From a virus (Duplodnaviria; Heunggongvirae; Uroviricota; Caudoviricetes): a DNA stretch of 30,932 nt. A model generated the notes under the pieces. That model saw nothing but the letters and a program-made list of their open reading frames with translations, ran no database searches and had not been told where the DNA came from. Position numbers and translations under genes: made by a program. Below, one piece after another: positions 7,105-15,196 of the stretch. The DNA lies in IMG/VR virus record IMGVR_UViG_2541047956_000008, positions 1-30,932 of that record; one strand, 5' to 3'. Numbering within the stretch: position 1 is the stretch's first letter; each line of letters starts with the position of its first letter.

Positions 7105-8053
7105 TCTTGCATGCCGTATTGGTCTGAATGAGGCAATTGTGTTGCAGCAGCTTCATTACTGGCTGAATGAAACGAATTCAGGCACTGAGCATGGCGGAAT
7201 TCGCTGGGTTTATAACACGACAGAACAGTGGCTGGAGCAGTTTCCGTTCTGGTCAGAGTCCACTCTGAAACGCACATTTGCAAGCCTGAAATCACTTGGG
7301 GTTTTGCGTCGCGAGCAACTCAATAAATCGAAGCGTGACATGACCAACTTCTACACGATCAACTATGAAAGTGAGCTTTTAGAAGAGGTCAAAGTGAACG
7401 AATCAATCAGGTCAAAATGCACTTCTCCATCGGGTCAAAGTGACCTGATGGATGGGCGCAAAATGACACGATCCATTGGTTCAAAACGACACGCTGTCAT
7501 CGGGTCAAAATGGCCCAATGATCTTACAGAGAATACAACAGAGATTACTACAGAGAATAAAACCTCTTCTCGTCCGGACGCTTCGCAACCGGACACGCAA
7601 ACGGCTGAACAGGAGTTTTTAACTCGCCATCCTGATGCGGTTGTATTCAGCCCTAAAAAGCGCCAGTGGGGAACGCAGGATGATTTGACCTGCGCACAGT
7701 GGCTCTGGAAAAAAATCATCGCCCTGTACGAGCAGGCCGCCGAATGTGACGGCGAGGTGGTTCGTCCCAAAGAACCGAACTGGACAGCCTGGGCAAACGA
7801 AATTCGCCTGATGTGTGTGCAGGATGGTCGTACTCACAAACAAATCTGCGAGATGTACAGCCGCGTCAGCCGCGATCCGTTCTGGTGCCGTAACGTGCTC
7901 AGCCCGTCGAAGTTGCGGGAAAAATGGGATGAGCTTTCCCTGCGCTTATCGCCGTCCGTCAGCACGCACACAGAAAAACGTGAAGACCCGTACTTCAAAG
8001 CCAGTTACGACAACGTGGACTACAGCCAGATCCCGGCAGGATTCAGGGGGTGA
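7061..8053 (+). CDS. Replication initiator (O-like winged-helix N-domain, DnaT-like C-terminus) containing the origin iterons
   Basis: 330-aa ORF; N-terminal winged-helix-like region, internal iteron array, C-terminal Trp-rich region (PNWTAWANEIRLM...KLREKWDEL). Organised like lambda O with ori inside the gene. Confidence 0.65.
   Translation: MSLLMTSQPIVINRDLACRIGLNEAIVLQQLHYWLNETNSGTEHGGIRWVYNTTEQWLEQFPFWSESTLKRTFASLKSLGVLRREQLNKSKRDMTNFYTINYESELLEEVKVNESIRSKCTSPSGQSDLMDGRKMTRSIGSKRHAVIGSKWPNDLTENTTEITTENKTSSRPDASQPDTQTAEQEFLTRHPDAVVFSPKKRQWGTQDDLTCAQWLWKKIIALYEQAAECDGEVVRPKEPNWTAWANEIRLMCVQDGRTHKQICEMYSRVSRDPFWCRNVLSPSKLREKWDELSLRLSPSVSTHTEKREDPYFKASYDNVDYSQIPAGFRG
7386..7516 (+). repeat. 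Iteron array (candidate phage origin of replication) inside the initiator gene
   Basis: Five to six direct repeats of GGTCAAA(A/G)TG-like motifs at ~7389, 7410, 7433, 7455 (degenerate), 7478 and 7503, spaced 21-25 bp, followed by an AT-rich stretch at 7521-7560. Confidence 0.6.
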
Positions 8054-8055
8054 TC

Positions 8056-8544
8056 ATGAGTCTGTTAAATGACGTTCAGAAATTCATTGAAGCCCATCCG
8101 GGCTGTACTTCCGGAGACATTGCGGATGCTTTTGCAGGTTACTCACGGCGGCACGTTCTGCAGTCAGCAAGCAAGTTACGTCAGAGTGGGCGTGTGGCTC
8201 ACCGTTGTGAAGGAGATACACGCAGACATTTCCCGCGCCTGACTGAGAGAGCGCAGGAGCCGGAACCACAATCTGTTCGTGAAACCAGACCTGTGCGCAA
8301 TTTCTATGTCGGCACTAACGACCCCCGGGTGATTTTGTGCCTGACCCGCCAGGCTGAAGAACTGGAGTCCAGGGGCTTATTCCGTCGAGCTGCAACGGTG
8401 TGGATGGCGGCATTCCGTGAAAGCCACTCCCAGCCAGAACGAAACAATTTTCTGGCGCATCGTGAGCGGTGCTTACGGAAAAGCAGCAGGCGCGCTGCAT
8501 CGGGTGAAGAGTGGTATCTGTCAGGGAATTACGTGGGGGCTTAA
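8056..8544 (+). CDS. Putative transcriptional regulator with PerC-like C-terminal region (tentative)
   Basis: ATG 8056 after GGGGG; C-terminal motif AEELESRGLFRRAATVWMAAF resembles the PerC family signature (recalled). Confidence 0.4.
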   Translation: MSLLNDVQKFIEAHPGCTSGDIADAFAGYSRRHVLQSASKLRQSGRVAHRCEGDTRRHFPRLTERAQEPEPQSVRETRPVRNFYVGTNDPRVILCLTRQAEELESRGLFRRAATVWMAAFRESHSQPERNNFLAHRERCLRKSSRRAASGEEWYLSGNYVGA

Positions 8545-8870
8545 TGACGACGTTAACTCAATGCCAGCAGCAGGTGCTGGATATGCTGATTTCTTACCAG
8601 AAAGAACGTGGCTTCCCGCCAACCAATCAGGAGGTGGCTACCATGCTGGGATACCGTTCAGTGAATGCAGCGGTGGAGCATCTTCGCGCACTGGAGAAAA
8701 AAGGCGTCATCACGATAAAGCGTGGCGTGGCACGGGGGATAACGCTTCATACCGCGGTGAAGGACGACGACAGCGAGGCGGTCGGGATTATCCGCTCACT
8801 GCTTGCCGGTGAGGAAAACGCCAGGCTGCGTGCAACCCACTGGTTACATGAGAGAGGCCTGAAAGTATGA
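8544..8870 (+). CDS. LexA N-terminal DNA-binding-domain protein lacking the S24 peptidase domain
   Basis: 108-aa ORF from ATG 8544 (TAATG overlap with upstream stop). Sequence LTQCQQQVLDMLISYQKERGFPPTNQEVATMLGYRSVNAAVEHLRALEKKGVITIKRGVARGITL aligns by eye with the LexA winged-helix domain; no protease domain follows. Confidence 0.6.
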   Translation: MTTLTQCQQQVLDMLISYQKERGFPPTNQEVATMLGYRSVNAAVEHLRALEKKGVITIKRGVARGITLHTAVKDDDSEAVGIIRSLLAGEENARLRATHWLHERGLKV

Positions 8871-9256
8871 AGCTGATCCTGCCTTTCCCGCCCAGCGTGA
8901 ACACGTACTGGCGACACCCCAACAAAGGGGCATTTGCTGGTAAGAGCCTGATAAGCGCGGCGGGGCGAAAATTTCAGAGCGCGGCGTGCGCAGCAATAGT
9001 TGAGCAGTTACGTCGTCTGCCAAAACCAACGTCGGCACCTGCTGCAGTGGAGATCGTGTTGTTTCCTCCGGATAACCGGATCCGCGATCTGGACAACTAT
9101 AACAAGGCGCTGTTTGACGCGTTGACCCACGCGGGTGTGTGGGAAGACGACAGACAGGTGAAAAGAATGCTGGTGGAGTGGGGACCGGTTATCCCGAAAG
9201 GGAAGGTCGAGATCACCATCAGTAAGTACGAGAAAACGGCGGGTGCAGCCGCCTGA
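8867..9256 (+). CDS. rusA: RusA-family Holliday junction resolvase
   Basis: 129-aa ORF; LPFPPSVNTYWRH...RDLDNYNKALFDALTHAGVWEDDRQV matches RusA signature regions. 4-bp overlap with the upstream gene. Confidence 0.85.
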   Translation: MKLILPFPPSVNTYWRHPNKGAFAGKSLISAAGRKFQSAACAAIVEQLRRLPKPTSAPAAVEIVLFPPDNRIRDLDNYNKALFDALTHAGVWEDDRQVKRMLVEWGPVIPKGKVEITISKYEKTAGAAA

Positions 9257-9275
9257 TCAAGAGGAGAAACGAAGT

Positions 9276-10085
9276 ATGAATAATCTGATGGTCATTGATG
9301 GTATTGAAGTTCGTCGTGATGCTTATGGGCGTTACAGCCTGAACGATCTGCACAGGGCTGCCGGGGGAGAACAAAAAAACCGCCCGAAATACTGGCTCTC
9401 CAATAAGCAAACCTGTGAATTGATTGAACAACTTTTCACCGAGGGTGGAATTCCGCCTCTGGAACAAAATCAACCAGTTAGCGTCATTAATGGCGGAAAT
9501 AACCAGGGGACGTATGTCTGCAAAGAACTGGTGTATGCCTATGCAATGTGGATCAGCCCGTCATTCCATCTGAAGGTGATCCGTACTTTCGACATGGTAA
9601 CCAGCGCACCGGAAAAATTATCCGGACAGGCTGCTGACAAGATGCAGGCTGGCGTGATCCTGCTGGACTTTATGCGCCGGGAATTAAATCTGTCTAACTC
9701 ATCAGTGCTTGGAGCCTGTCAGAAGCTTCAGGAGGCTGTTGGCTTACCGAATCTGGCACCGCGCTATGCCATTGATGCTCCTGCTGACGCGCCTGATGGC
9801 TCAAGTCGCCCCACGCTGTCGCTGAGTGCACTGCTGAAGCAGTATGGTATCCGCCTGACGGCTAATCAGGCATATCACCAGATGGTGAAGCTGGGGATCG
9901 TTGAACAACGCGAACGATACAGCCGTACCGCGATTAACAACATCAAAAAATTCTGGTCGCTGACGGCGAAAGGCTGCATGTTCGGCAAGAACATCACCAG
10001 TCCTGCAAATCCGCGCGAGACGCAGCCGCATTTCTTCGAATCCCGATTCCCTGAGCTGTTAAAGCTGCTCGATACCGTTCATTGA
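9276..10085 (+). CDS. KilA-N domain protein (antirepressor-like)
   Basis: ATG 9276 preceded by GAGGAG; N-terminal region (YSLNDLHRAAGGE...RPKYWLSNKQTCELIEQL...GTYVCKELVYAYAMWISPSFHLKVIRTFD) is typical of KilA-N. Confidence 0.7.
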   Translation: MNNLMVIDGIEVRRDAYGRYSLNDLHRAAGGEQKNRPKYWLSNKQTCELIEQLFTEGGIPPLEQNQPVSVINGGNNQGTYVCKELVYAYAMWISPSFHLKVIRTFDMVTSAPEKLSGQAADKMQAGVILLDFMRRELNLSNSSVLGACQKLQEAVGLPNLAPRYAIDAPADAPDGSSRPTLSLSALLKQYGIRLTANQAYHQMVKLGIVEQRERYSRTAINNIKKFWSLTAKGCMFGKNITSPANPRETQPHFFESRFPELLKLLDTVH

Positions 10086-10086
10086 G

Positions 10087-11082
10087 GTGACCGTGAGAGC
10101 ACTACTGACCCCTGAAATTGCCCCGCGTATGGGGATCGTATTGTTCAGGCCAGGTTCAGAGCTGATGCCCCTGTTTATGCAGGGGCGTGTTCTGCTGGAG
10201 CCTGAGCCGGAACGTTATTCATCTTTCGCCAGTGGTGCCGTTCCGGCGGCATCACAACCGCTGGCGGATGATCCTGCCGTTCGGGCCGTGTTCCGCAATG
10301 AGGCAGTGATCCGTCGTGCTGGTGGCGTGGAATGTCTTGAAAGCTGGTTACTTCGTGAAAAAGGCTGCCAGTGGCCTCATTCCGACTGGCACAGCGAGAA
10401 CATGACCACAATGCGACACGCTCCGGGCGCAATCCGTCTGTGCTGGCACTGCGATAACCAGCTGCGCGATCAGTTCACGGAACGGCTGGAATCAATGGCA
10501 ACGGATAACTGTGCCCGCTGGGTGTTGTCTGTTGTGCGTCGGGATCTCGGTTTTGATGATAGTCACGTTGTGACAATGCCGGAACTGTGCTGGTGGCTGA
10601 TTCGTAATGACCTGGCGGATGCCTTACCGGAAAGTGCAGCCCGTAAGGCACTGAGATTACCAAAGCCTGTTGTGCCGTCTGTCACCCGGGAAAGTGACCT
10701 TGTGCCTTCGGTTCCTGCCACCAGCATCATCCAGGATAAGGCAAAAAAGGTGCTGGCGCTGAAAGTGGATCCGGAGTCGCCGGAGTCTTTTATGTTACGC
10801 CCAAAACGCCGCCGCTGGGTTAATGAAAAGTACACGCGCTGGGTTAAGACACAGCCGTGTGCATGTTGTGGAAAGCCTGCTGATGATCCCCACCACCTGA
10901 TAGGCCACGGTCAGGGTGGAATGGGTACAAAAGCGCATGACCTCTTTGTGTTGCCTTTGTGCAGAAAGCATCACGACGAGCTGCATGCGGATACCGTGGC
11001 ATTTGAAGAGAAGTATGGCTCCCAGCTGGAGCTGATATTTCGTTTTATCGATCGTGCGCTGGCAATTGGCGTATTGGCGTAA
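10087..11082 (+). CDS. DUF968-like protein with C-terminal Cys/His cluster
   Basis: 331-aa ORF (GTG start); C-terminus CACCGKP...HHLIGHGQGG...CRKHHDELH. Sits directly upstream of Q, as DUF968 genes do in other lambdoid prophages (recalled). Confidence 0.5.
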   Translation: MTVRALLTPEIAPRMGIVLFRPGSELMPLFMQGRVLLEPEPERYSSFASGAVPAASQPLADDPAVRAVFRNEAVIRRAGGVECLESWLLREKGCQWPHSDWHSENMTTMRHAPGAIRLCWHCDNQLRDQFTERLESMATDNCARWVLSVVRRDLGFDDSHVVTMPELCWWLIRNDLADALPESAARKALRLPKPVVPSVTRESDLVPSVPATSIIQDKAKKVLALKVDPESPESFMLRPKRRRWVNEKYTRWVKTQPCACCGKPADDPHHLIGHGQGGMGTKAHDLFVLPLCRKHHDELHADTVAFEEKYGSQLELIFRFIDRALAIGVLA

Positions 11083-11095
11083 GTGGAGAACGAGC

Positions 11096-11848
11096 ATGAA
11101 CCTTGAAGCCTTACCAAAATATTACTCCCCAAAATCTCCAAAATTGAGCGATGACGCACCGGCGACAGGCTCAGGTGGTTTAACGATTACGGATGTGATG
11201 GCTGCGCAGGGGATGGTGCAGTCGAAAGCACCGCTTGGGTTTGCCTTATTCCTGGCAAAAGTTGGTGTTCAGGATCCTCAATTTGCGATTGAAGGTCTGC
11301 TCAATTACGCGATGGCACTGGATAACCCGACATTGAACAAATTGAGTGAAGAAACCCGGTTACAGATCATCCCTTACCTTGTGAGTTTTTCCTTTGCTGA
11401 TTATTCCAGGTCTGCGGCAAGTAAGGCTCGCTGTGAGCATTGTGCTGGTACTGGATTTCATAATGTATTGCGCGAAGTGGTGAAGCACTCCAGAAGCGGG
11501 GAATCTGTTATCAAGGAAGAGTGGGTGAAGAAACTATGTCAGCATTGTCATGGTAAGGGAGAAGTCAGCACAGCGTGCAGAGGGTGTAAGGGTAAAGGTA
11601 TTGTCCTGGATGAAAAAAGAACCCGGCTTCATGGCATGCCTGTTTATAAGATTTGTGGGCGTTGCAATGGAAACCGGTTTAGCCGTTTACCAACCACACT
11701 GGCGCGGCATCATGTCCAGAAGCTGGTACCAGACCTGACGGATTATCAGTGGTACAAAGGATATGCAGATGTCATTGATAAACTGGTGACAAAGTGCTGG
11801 CAGGAAGAAGCATATGCTGAGGCGCAATTAAGAAAAGTGACGAGATAA
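11096..11848 (+). CDS. Late-gene antiterminator Q-like protein
   Basis: 250-aa ORF from ATG 11096 (GGAGAA RBS), Cys-rich zinc-binding region (CEHCAGTG...CQHCHGKG...CRGCKGKG...CGRCNG). Immediately upstream of a promoter plus terminator pair and the lysis genes. Confidence 0.65.
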   Translation: MNLEALPKYYSPKSPKLSDDAPATGSGGLTITDVMAAQGMVQSKAPLGFALFLAKVGVQDPQFAIEGLLNYAMALDNPTLNKLSEETRLQIIPYLVSFSFADYSRSAASKARCEHCAGTGFHNVLREVVKHSRSGESVIKEEWVKKLCQHCHGKGEVSTACRGCKGKGIVLDEKRTRLHGMPVYKICGRCNGNRFSRLPTTLARHHVQKLVPDLTDYQWYKGYADVIDKLVTKCWQEEAYAEAQLRKVTR

Positions 11849-11879
11849 ATGATTTTCGCCGAAGATAGCGACATGATTC

Positions 11880-11908
11880 TTGCATTTTTCAAAAAATCTG
11901 GTTAGGAT
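11880..11908 (+). promoter_or_regulatory. Late promoter (PR'-like): TTGCAT -35, 17-bp spacer, TAGGAT -10
   Basis: TTGCAT at 11880-11885 and TAGGAT at 11903-11908 with an exactly 17-bp spacer, 32 bp downstream of the Q stop. Confidence 0.5.
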
Positions 11909-11955
11909 TTTCCTAACGATGGGCTTTGTATGTCTGCCGTTAACGAAATCATAAC

Positions 11956-11985
11956 AAACCTCGCTTCGGCGGGGTTTTTGCTTTT
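11956..11985 (+). terminator. tR'-like rho-independent terminator downstream of the late promoter
   Basis: Hairpin CCTCGC-TTCG-GCGGGG flanked by AAA/TTT and followed by TTTTTGCTTTTCT, about 50-70 nt after the predicted late transcription start. Confidence 0.55.
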
Positions 11986-11998
11986 CTGGAGGTCAATA

Positions 11999-12256
11999 AT
12001 GCAGGGCGAAAAGCAGCAGCCATATTTTTTTAACCCTGGTATGACTGTTGAACAGCTTGAAGACTGGCTGGAGCAGCAAAAGCTTCATCTAAGCCGCTAT
12101 AACCGTCTGGTAAAAGAAAAAGCAGAGCTTGAAGAACGGCTCAGTGATATTTCTGTGGAAATTGAACGAATGTCTGCTGGTGGTTTTAACGGAAAGTTGA
12201 GTTTCCCCTGGGAGTCAAGTTCGCTTCTGAGAAATCATCAACAGGGTAGTGTTTGA
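11999..12256 (+). CDS. Hypothetical first late gene product (85 aa, coiled-coil-like)
   Basis: ATG 11999 preceded by GGAGG (11988-11992); track ORF 11930-12256 trimmed to this start because its upstream part spans the terminator. Confidence 0.4.
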   Translation: MQGEKQQPYFFNPGMTVEQLEDWLEQQKLHLSRYNRLVKEKAELEERLSDISVEIERMSAGGFNGKLSFPWESSSLLRNHQQGSV

Positions 12257-12335
12257 CTGAAATAATAAACAGACTGTCATTAAGATCCCTTCCCCTCATA
12301 TCTGAGAGGACCAACAGCAATTAAGAGGGGGCTAA

Positions 12336-12722
12336 ATGTCCGATCCGATTTCCGGTACTGGGCTGGCTGGTGGTGCCCTGACGGGTGCCAGTGTTTATGG
12401 ACTGCTGACCGGAACTGATTACGGCGTTGTATTTGGCGCATTTGCAGGGGCTGTATTCTACATAGCAACAGCAGCAGATCTGAGTGCATCGCGCCGACTG
12501 GCATATTTTATCGTGTCATATATTGCCGGGATTCTTTGCTCTGGGTTGGTTGGCTCCAAGCTGGCGAACTTGACCGGATACAGTGATAAACCTCTGGATG
12601 CTATTGGTGCCGTAATCGTCTCTGCTTTAGCCGTTAAAATCCTGACGTTCCTGAATAATCAGGATATCGGCTCGCTGGTGGCGCTCATAACGCGCCGGGG
12701 AGGTTCGGGTGGAGCTAAATGA
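12336..12722 (+). CDS. Putative holin (multi-TM membrane protein)
   Basis: 128-aa ORF with Gly/Ala-rich hydrophobic segments, first of two membrane-protein genes directly upstream of the endolysin; AGAGGGGG RBS. Confidence 0.5.
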   Translation: MSDPISGTGLAGGALTGASVYGLLTGTDYGVVFGAFAGAVFYIATAADLSASRRLAYFIVSYIAGILCSGLVGSKLANLTGYSDKPLDAIGAVIVSALAVKILTFLNNQDIGSLVALITRRGGSGGAK

Positions 12723-12990
12723 CCCGACAGCAACTATAAATGCGCTGTTATGTGCTTGTGTTGTTATTACTCTGATGTTTTATCGTCGTGGTGATTCGCG
12801 GCATCGTCCTTGGGTTTCACGTTTAGCCTGGCTGATTACTGTTACATACAGTGCTGTTCCGTTGGCCTATCTCTGTGGGATTTATCCCCATTCCTCATGG
12901 CCCATTATCGTGGCGAACACTATTTTTCTTTCCGTGCTGGTGGCCGTCAGAGGCAACGTTGCACGTCTGGTTGATCATCTGAGGCACTAA
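12709..12990 (+). CDS. Second lysis-cassette membrane protein (holin or antiholin candidate)
   Basis: 93-aa ORF with hydrophobic segments ([47 protein letters not shown]); overlaps both neighbours. Confidence 0.4.
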   Translation: MELNDPTATINALLCACVVITLMFYRRGDSRHRPWVSRLAWLITVTYSAVPLAYLCGIYPHSSWPIIVANTIFLSVLVAVRGNVARLVDHLRH

Positions 12991-13604
12991 TGAACCAACA
13001 ATTATTTCAAAAGGCGGCTGGTATTAGCGCCGGGCTGGCTGCGCGCTGGTTTCCGCACATTGATGCGGCGATGAAGGAATTCGGCATTACAGCACCAGCG
13101 GATCAGGCGATGTTTATCGCTCAGGTAGGCCATGAGTCGATGGGGTTTCGCGCCTTAGTTGAAAATTTTAACTACACACCATCTGCGCTGGTGGCGACGT
13201 TCGGAAAGAGGATCACACAGCAGCAGGCTGATGCCCTTGGCAGAACATCCGGACATGCAGCTCGTCAGGATGCTATTGCCAATCTGGTGTATAGCAACCG
13301 GCTGGGTAACAAAGCACCCGGTGATGGCTGGAAATATCGCGGTAGAGGATTAATTCAAATCACTGGCCTCCATAATTATCGCATCTGTGGCGCGGCGCTG
13401 AAGTTAGATCTGGTGACTTCACCTGAACAACTGGAGCAGGAGCTACAGGCCGCGCGCTCAGCTGCATGGTTCTACACATCTAAAGGCTGCATGGTCTACG
13501 GTGCCGATATTACTCGTGTTACGCGCATCATTAACGGCGGTCTGAACGGTATTGAGGATCGTAAGATTCGATACAACAAGGCGCGGGCGGCGCTGCTGGT
13601 ATGA
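12990..13604 (+). CDS. Endolysin, glycoside hydrolase family 19-like
   Basis: 204-aa ORF; motifs [12 protein letters not shown] and GRGLIQITG resemble GH19 catalytic-region signatures; between the holin-like genes and Rz. Confidence 0.7.
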   Translation: MNQQLFQKAAGISAGLAARWFPHIDAAMKEFGITAPADQAMFIAQVGHESMGFRALVENFNYTPSALVATFGKRITQQQADALGRTSGHAARQDAIANLVYSNRLGNKAPGDGWKYRGRGLIQITGLHNYRICGAALKLDLVTSPEQLEQELQAARSAAWFYTSKGCMVYGADITRVTRIINGGLNGIEDRKIRYNKARAALLV

Positions 13605-14062
13605 AGATGAGTTATTGGGCGCTCATTTTAACGTTTATTGCTTGTATTGCTGGTGGTCTTGTCTGGTCAGCGAATCATTACCACAATAAAGCCATTGAAT
13701 ACAAAAAACAGCGCGACGAAAACGCTATGGCATTAGATTCGGCTATGGCGACTATCTCTGATATGCAGAAGCGTCAACGTGACGTAGCAGAACTTGACGC
13801 CAGATACACAAAGGAGCTTGCTGATGCTAACGCGACTATCGAAAGTCTCCGTGCTGATGTTTCTTCTGGGCGTAAGCGCCTGCAAGTCGCCGCCACCTGT
13901 GCAAAATCAACGACCAGAGCCAGCGGCATGGGCGATGGAGAAAGCCCAGGACTTACAGCAGATGCTGAACTCAATTATTACCGTCTCCGAAGTGGAATCG
14001 ACAGGATAACCGCACAGGTTAACTACCTGCAGGAGTACATCAGGACGCAATGCCTTCGATGA
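13601..14062 (+). CDS. Rz-like i-spanin
   Basis: 153-aa ORF with N-terminal TM helix ([18 protein letters not shown]), coiled-coil periplasmic part, and an embedded +1-frame lipoprotein ORF. Confidence 0.7.
   Translation: MKMSYWALILTFIACIAGGLVWSANHYHNKAIEYKKQRDENAMALDSAMATISDMQKRQRDVAELDARYTKELADANATIESLRADVSSGRKRLQVAATCAKSTTRASGMGDGESPGLTADAELNYYRLRSGIDRITAQVNYLQEYIRTQCLR
13824..14009 (+). CDS. Rz1-like o-spanin (outer-membrane lipoprotein) embedded in Rz
   Basis: ATG 13824 with AAGGAG RBS (13811-13816); signal peptide and lipobox-like LLGVSAC, then a Pro-rich mature region ([13 protein letters not shown]), entirely inside Rz in another frame. Confidence 0.65.
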   Translation: MLTRLSKVSVLMFLLGVSACKSPPPVQNQRPEPAAWAMEKAQDLQQMLNSIITVSEVESTG

Positions 14063-14329
14063 TAGCGATAATTTTACTCATCATCCTTCACATCAGGCCC
14101 TGTAGACAGAGTGGTGATTACTTCTGGAGTGGATTCAGATTAAACATCTCATTGCTAATGTTTGAGGTTAAGCATCTGGCGCGCGGTAAGTGGTTGCGTT
14201 GAAATAAGAGCCAGTCCATTACAAATTTCATCAAGCGTTATTGGTAAGGGTGATAATTATGAGATACCTCTTCACTAAGAGTAATCTTAAGGGTAATGTG
14301 TAACCTCACTTTTTAATACGGAGGTTGTA

Positions 14330-14554
14330 ATGTTAGAGAATTATTTCCCTTCAGGAATAGGTGCTCAGCCTGTAACTCAAGCTCAAAAACAGAGGGTTAT
14401 AGCTGTTCAAGCTGCCCTTGAATTAGTTAAGGCCTCACTTTCTTCTGCAGGTGGTCAGGCTACAAGTGCAAAATTTGAACAGGAATTAAAAGCAGCTATT
14501 GGCTTAATTGAACCATTAGCCGATGCCATTCAGAAAGCAATCAGCAAAGAATAA
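14330..14554 (+). CDS. Hypothetical small protein (74 aa) in an AT-rich moron between lysis and packaging genes
   Basis: ATG 14330 preceded by GGAGG; Ala/Gln/Lys-rich helical-looking protein; flanks AT-rich; terminator follows. Confidence 0.45.
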   Translation: MLENYFPSGIGAQPVTQAQKQRVIAVQAALELVKASLSSAGGQATSAKFEQELKAAIGLIEPLADAIQKAISKE

Positions 14555-14660
14555 ATAAACCACCTGCATTTTGTTTTATTTCCCAACTAACGGGTGTAAT
14601 AATCTTAATGTTTCCCGTGGATAGATAAGACAATAAGTATTCACCTTCAAGATATAAACG

Positions 14661-14686
14661 AGCCTCGCTAATGCGAGGCTTTTTTA
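14661..14686 (+). terminator. Rho-independent terminator after the moron
   Basis: Perfect hairpin AGCCTCGC-TAAT-GCGAGGCT followed by TTTTT. Confidence 0.65.
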
Positions 14687-14720
14687 CGCATTGTAAGCGT
14701 GCACCAAAGAGGGGATATAA

Positions 14721-15071
14721 ATGCCACCACGAACCCCAAAAGCCTGCCGTTTTCGCGGTTGCCGCAATACCACGACTGATCCGTCAGGCTATTGCGAAAG
14801 CCACAAAAGCGAGGGCTGGAAGCAATACAAGCCAGGACAATCCCGTCATCAGCGCGGTTATGGTTCGAAGTGGGACAGTATCCGCGCGGGTGTCCTGAAG
14901 CGTGACAAAGGCCTGTGTCAGTTATGTCTGCGTGCTGGTGTGGTGCGTGAGGCGAAAACCGTTGACCACATCATCCCTAAAGCGCATGGCGGCACTGATG
15001 CCGACTGTAATCTGCAGAGTCTGTGCTGGCCGTGTCATAAGGCGAAGACGGCCCGTGAACGACTTAAGTGA
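14721..15071 (+). CDS. HNH endonuclease (packaging-associated)
   Basis: 116-aa ORF with Cys-rich N-terminus and DHIIPKAHGGTDADCNLQSLCWPCHKAKT (H-N-H motif); directly upstream of the small terminase as in HK97-type packaging modules. Confidence 0.8.
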   Translation: MPPRTPKACRFRGCRNTTTDPSGYCESHKSEGWKQYKPGQSRHQRGYGSKWDSIRAGVLKRDKGLCQLCLRAGVVREAKTVDHIIPKAHGGTDADCNLQSLCWPCHKAKTARERLK

Positions 15072-15097
15072 TAATAATTCTCAACTGTCTGAGGGGA

Positions 15098-15157
15098 GGG
15101 GCGGGTCAAATCTCTGTGACCTGACGTCTTCCGGACTGCCCGCCCCATCGTTTTTTT
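15098..15157. other. GC-rich nested palindromes plus T7 run between HNH and small terminase: candidate cos / terminase recognition region
   Basis: GGGGCGGG (15098-15105) and CCCGCCCC (15139-15146) form an inverted repeat enclosing GGTCA...TGACC, GACGTC and TCCGGA palindromes, followed by TTTTTTT (15151-15157). Confidence 0.35.
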
Positions 15158-15196
15158 ATACCCGCGAAAAATGAAATTTAACCAGGAGTGCCGCAT

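Noticed and set aside
7386-7516. Short direct repeats that could be mistaken for a CRISPR array
   Set aside because: Repeats are about 10 bp, degenerate, spaced about 22 bp, with no unique spacers and inside a coding gene. This is an iteron arrangement, not CRISPR.
7435-7843. Two - strand ORFs (111 aa and 74 aa) inside the replication gene
   Set aside because: Antisense to a well-supported gene and overlapping the iterons; no RBS.
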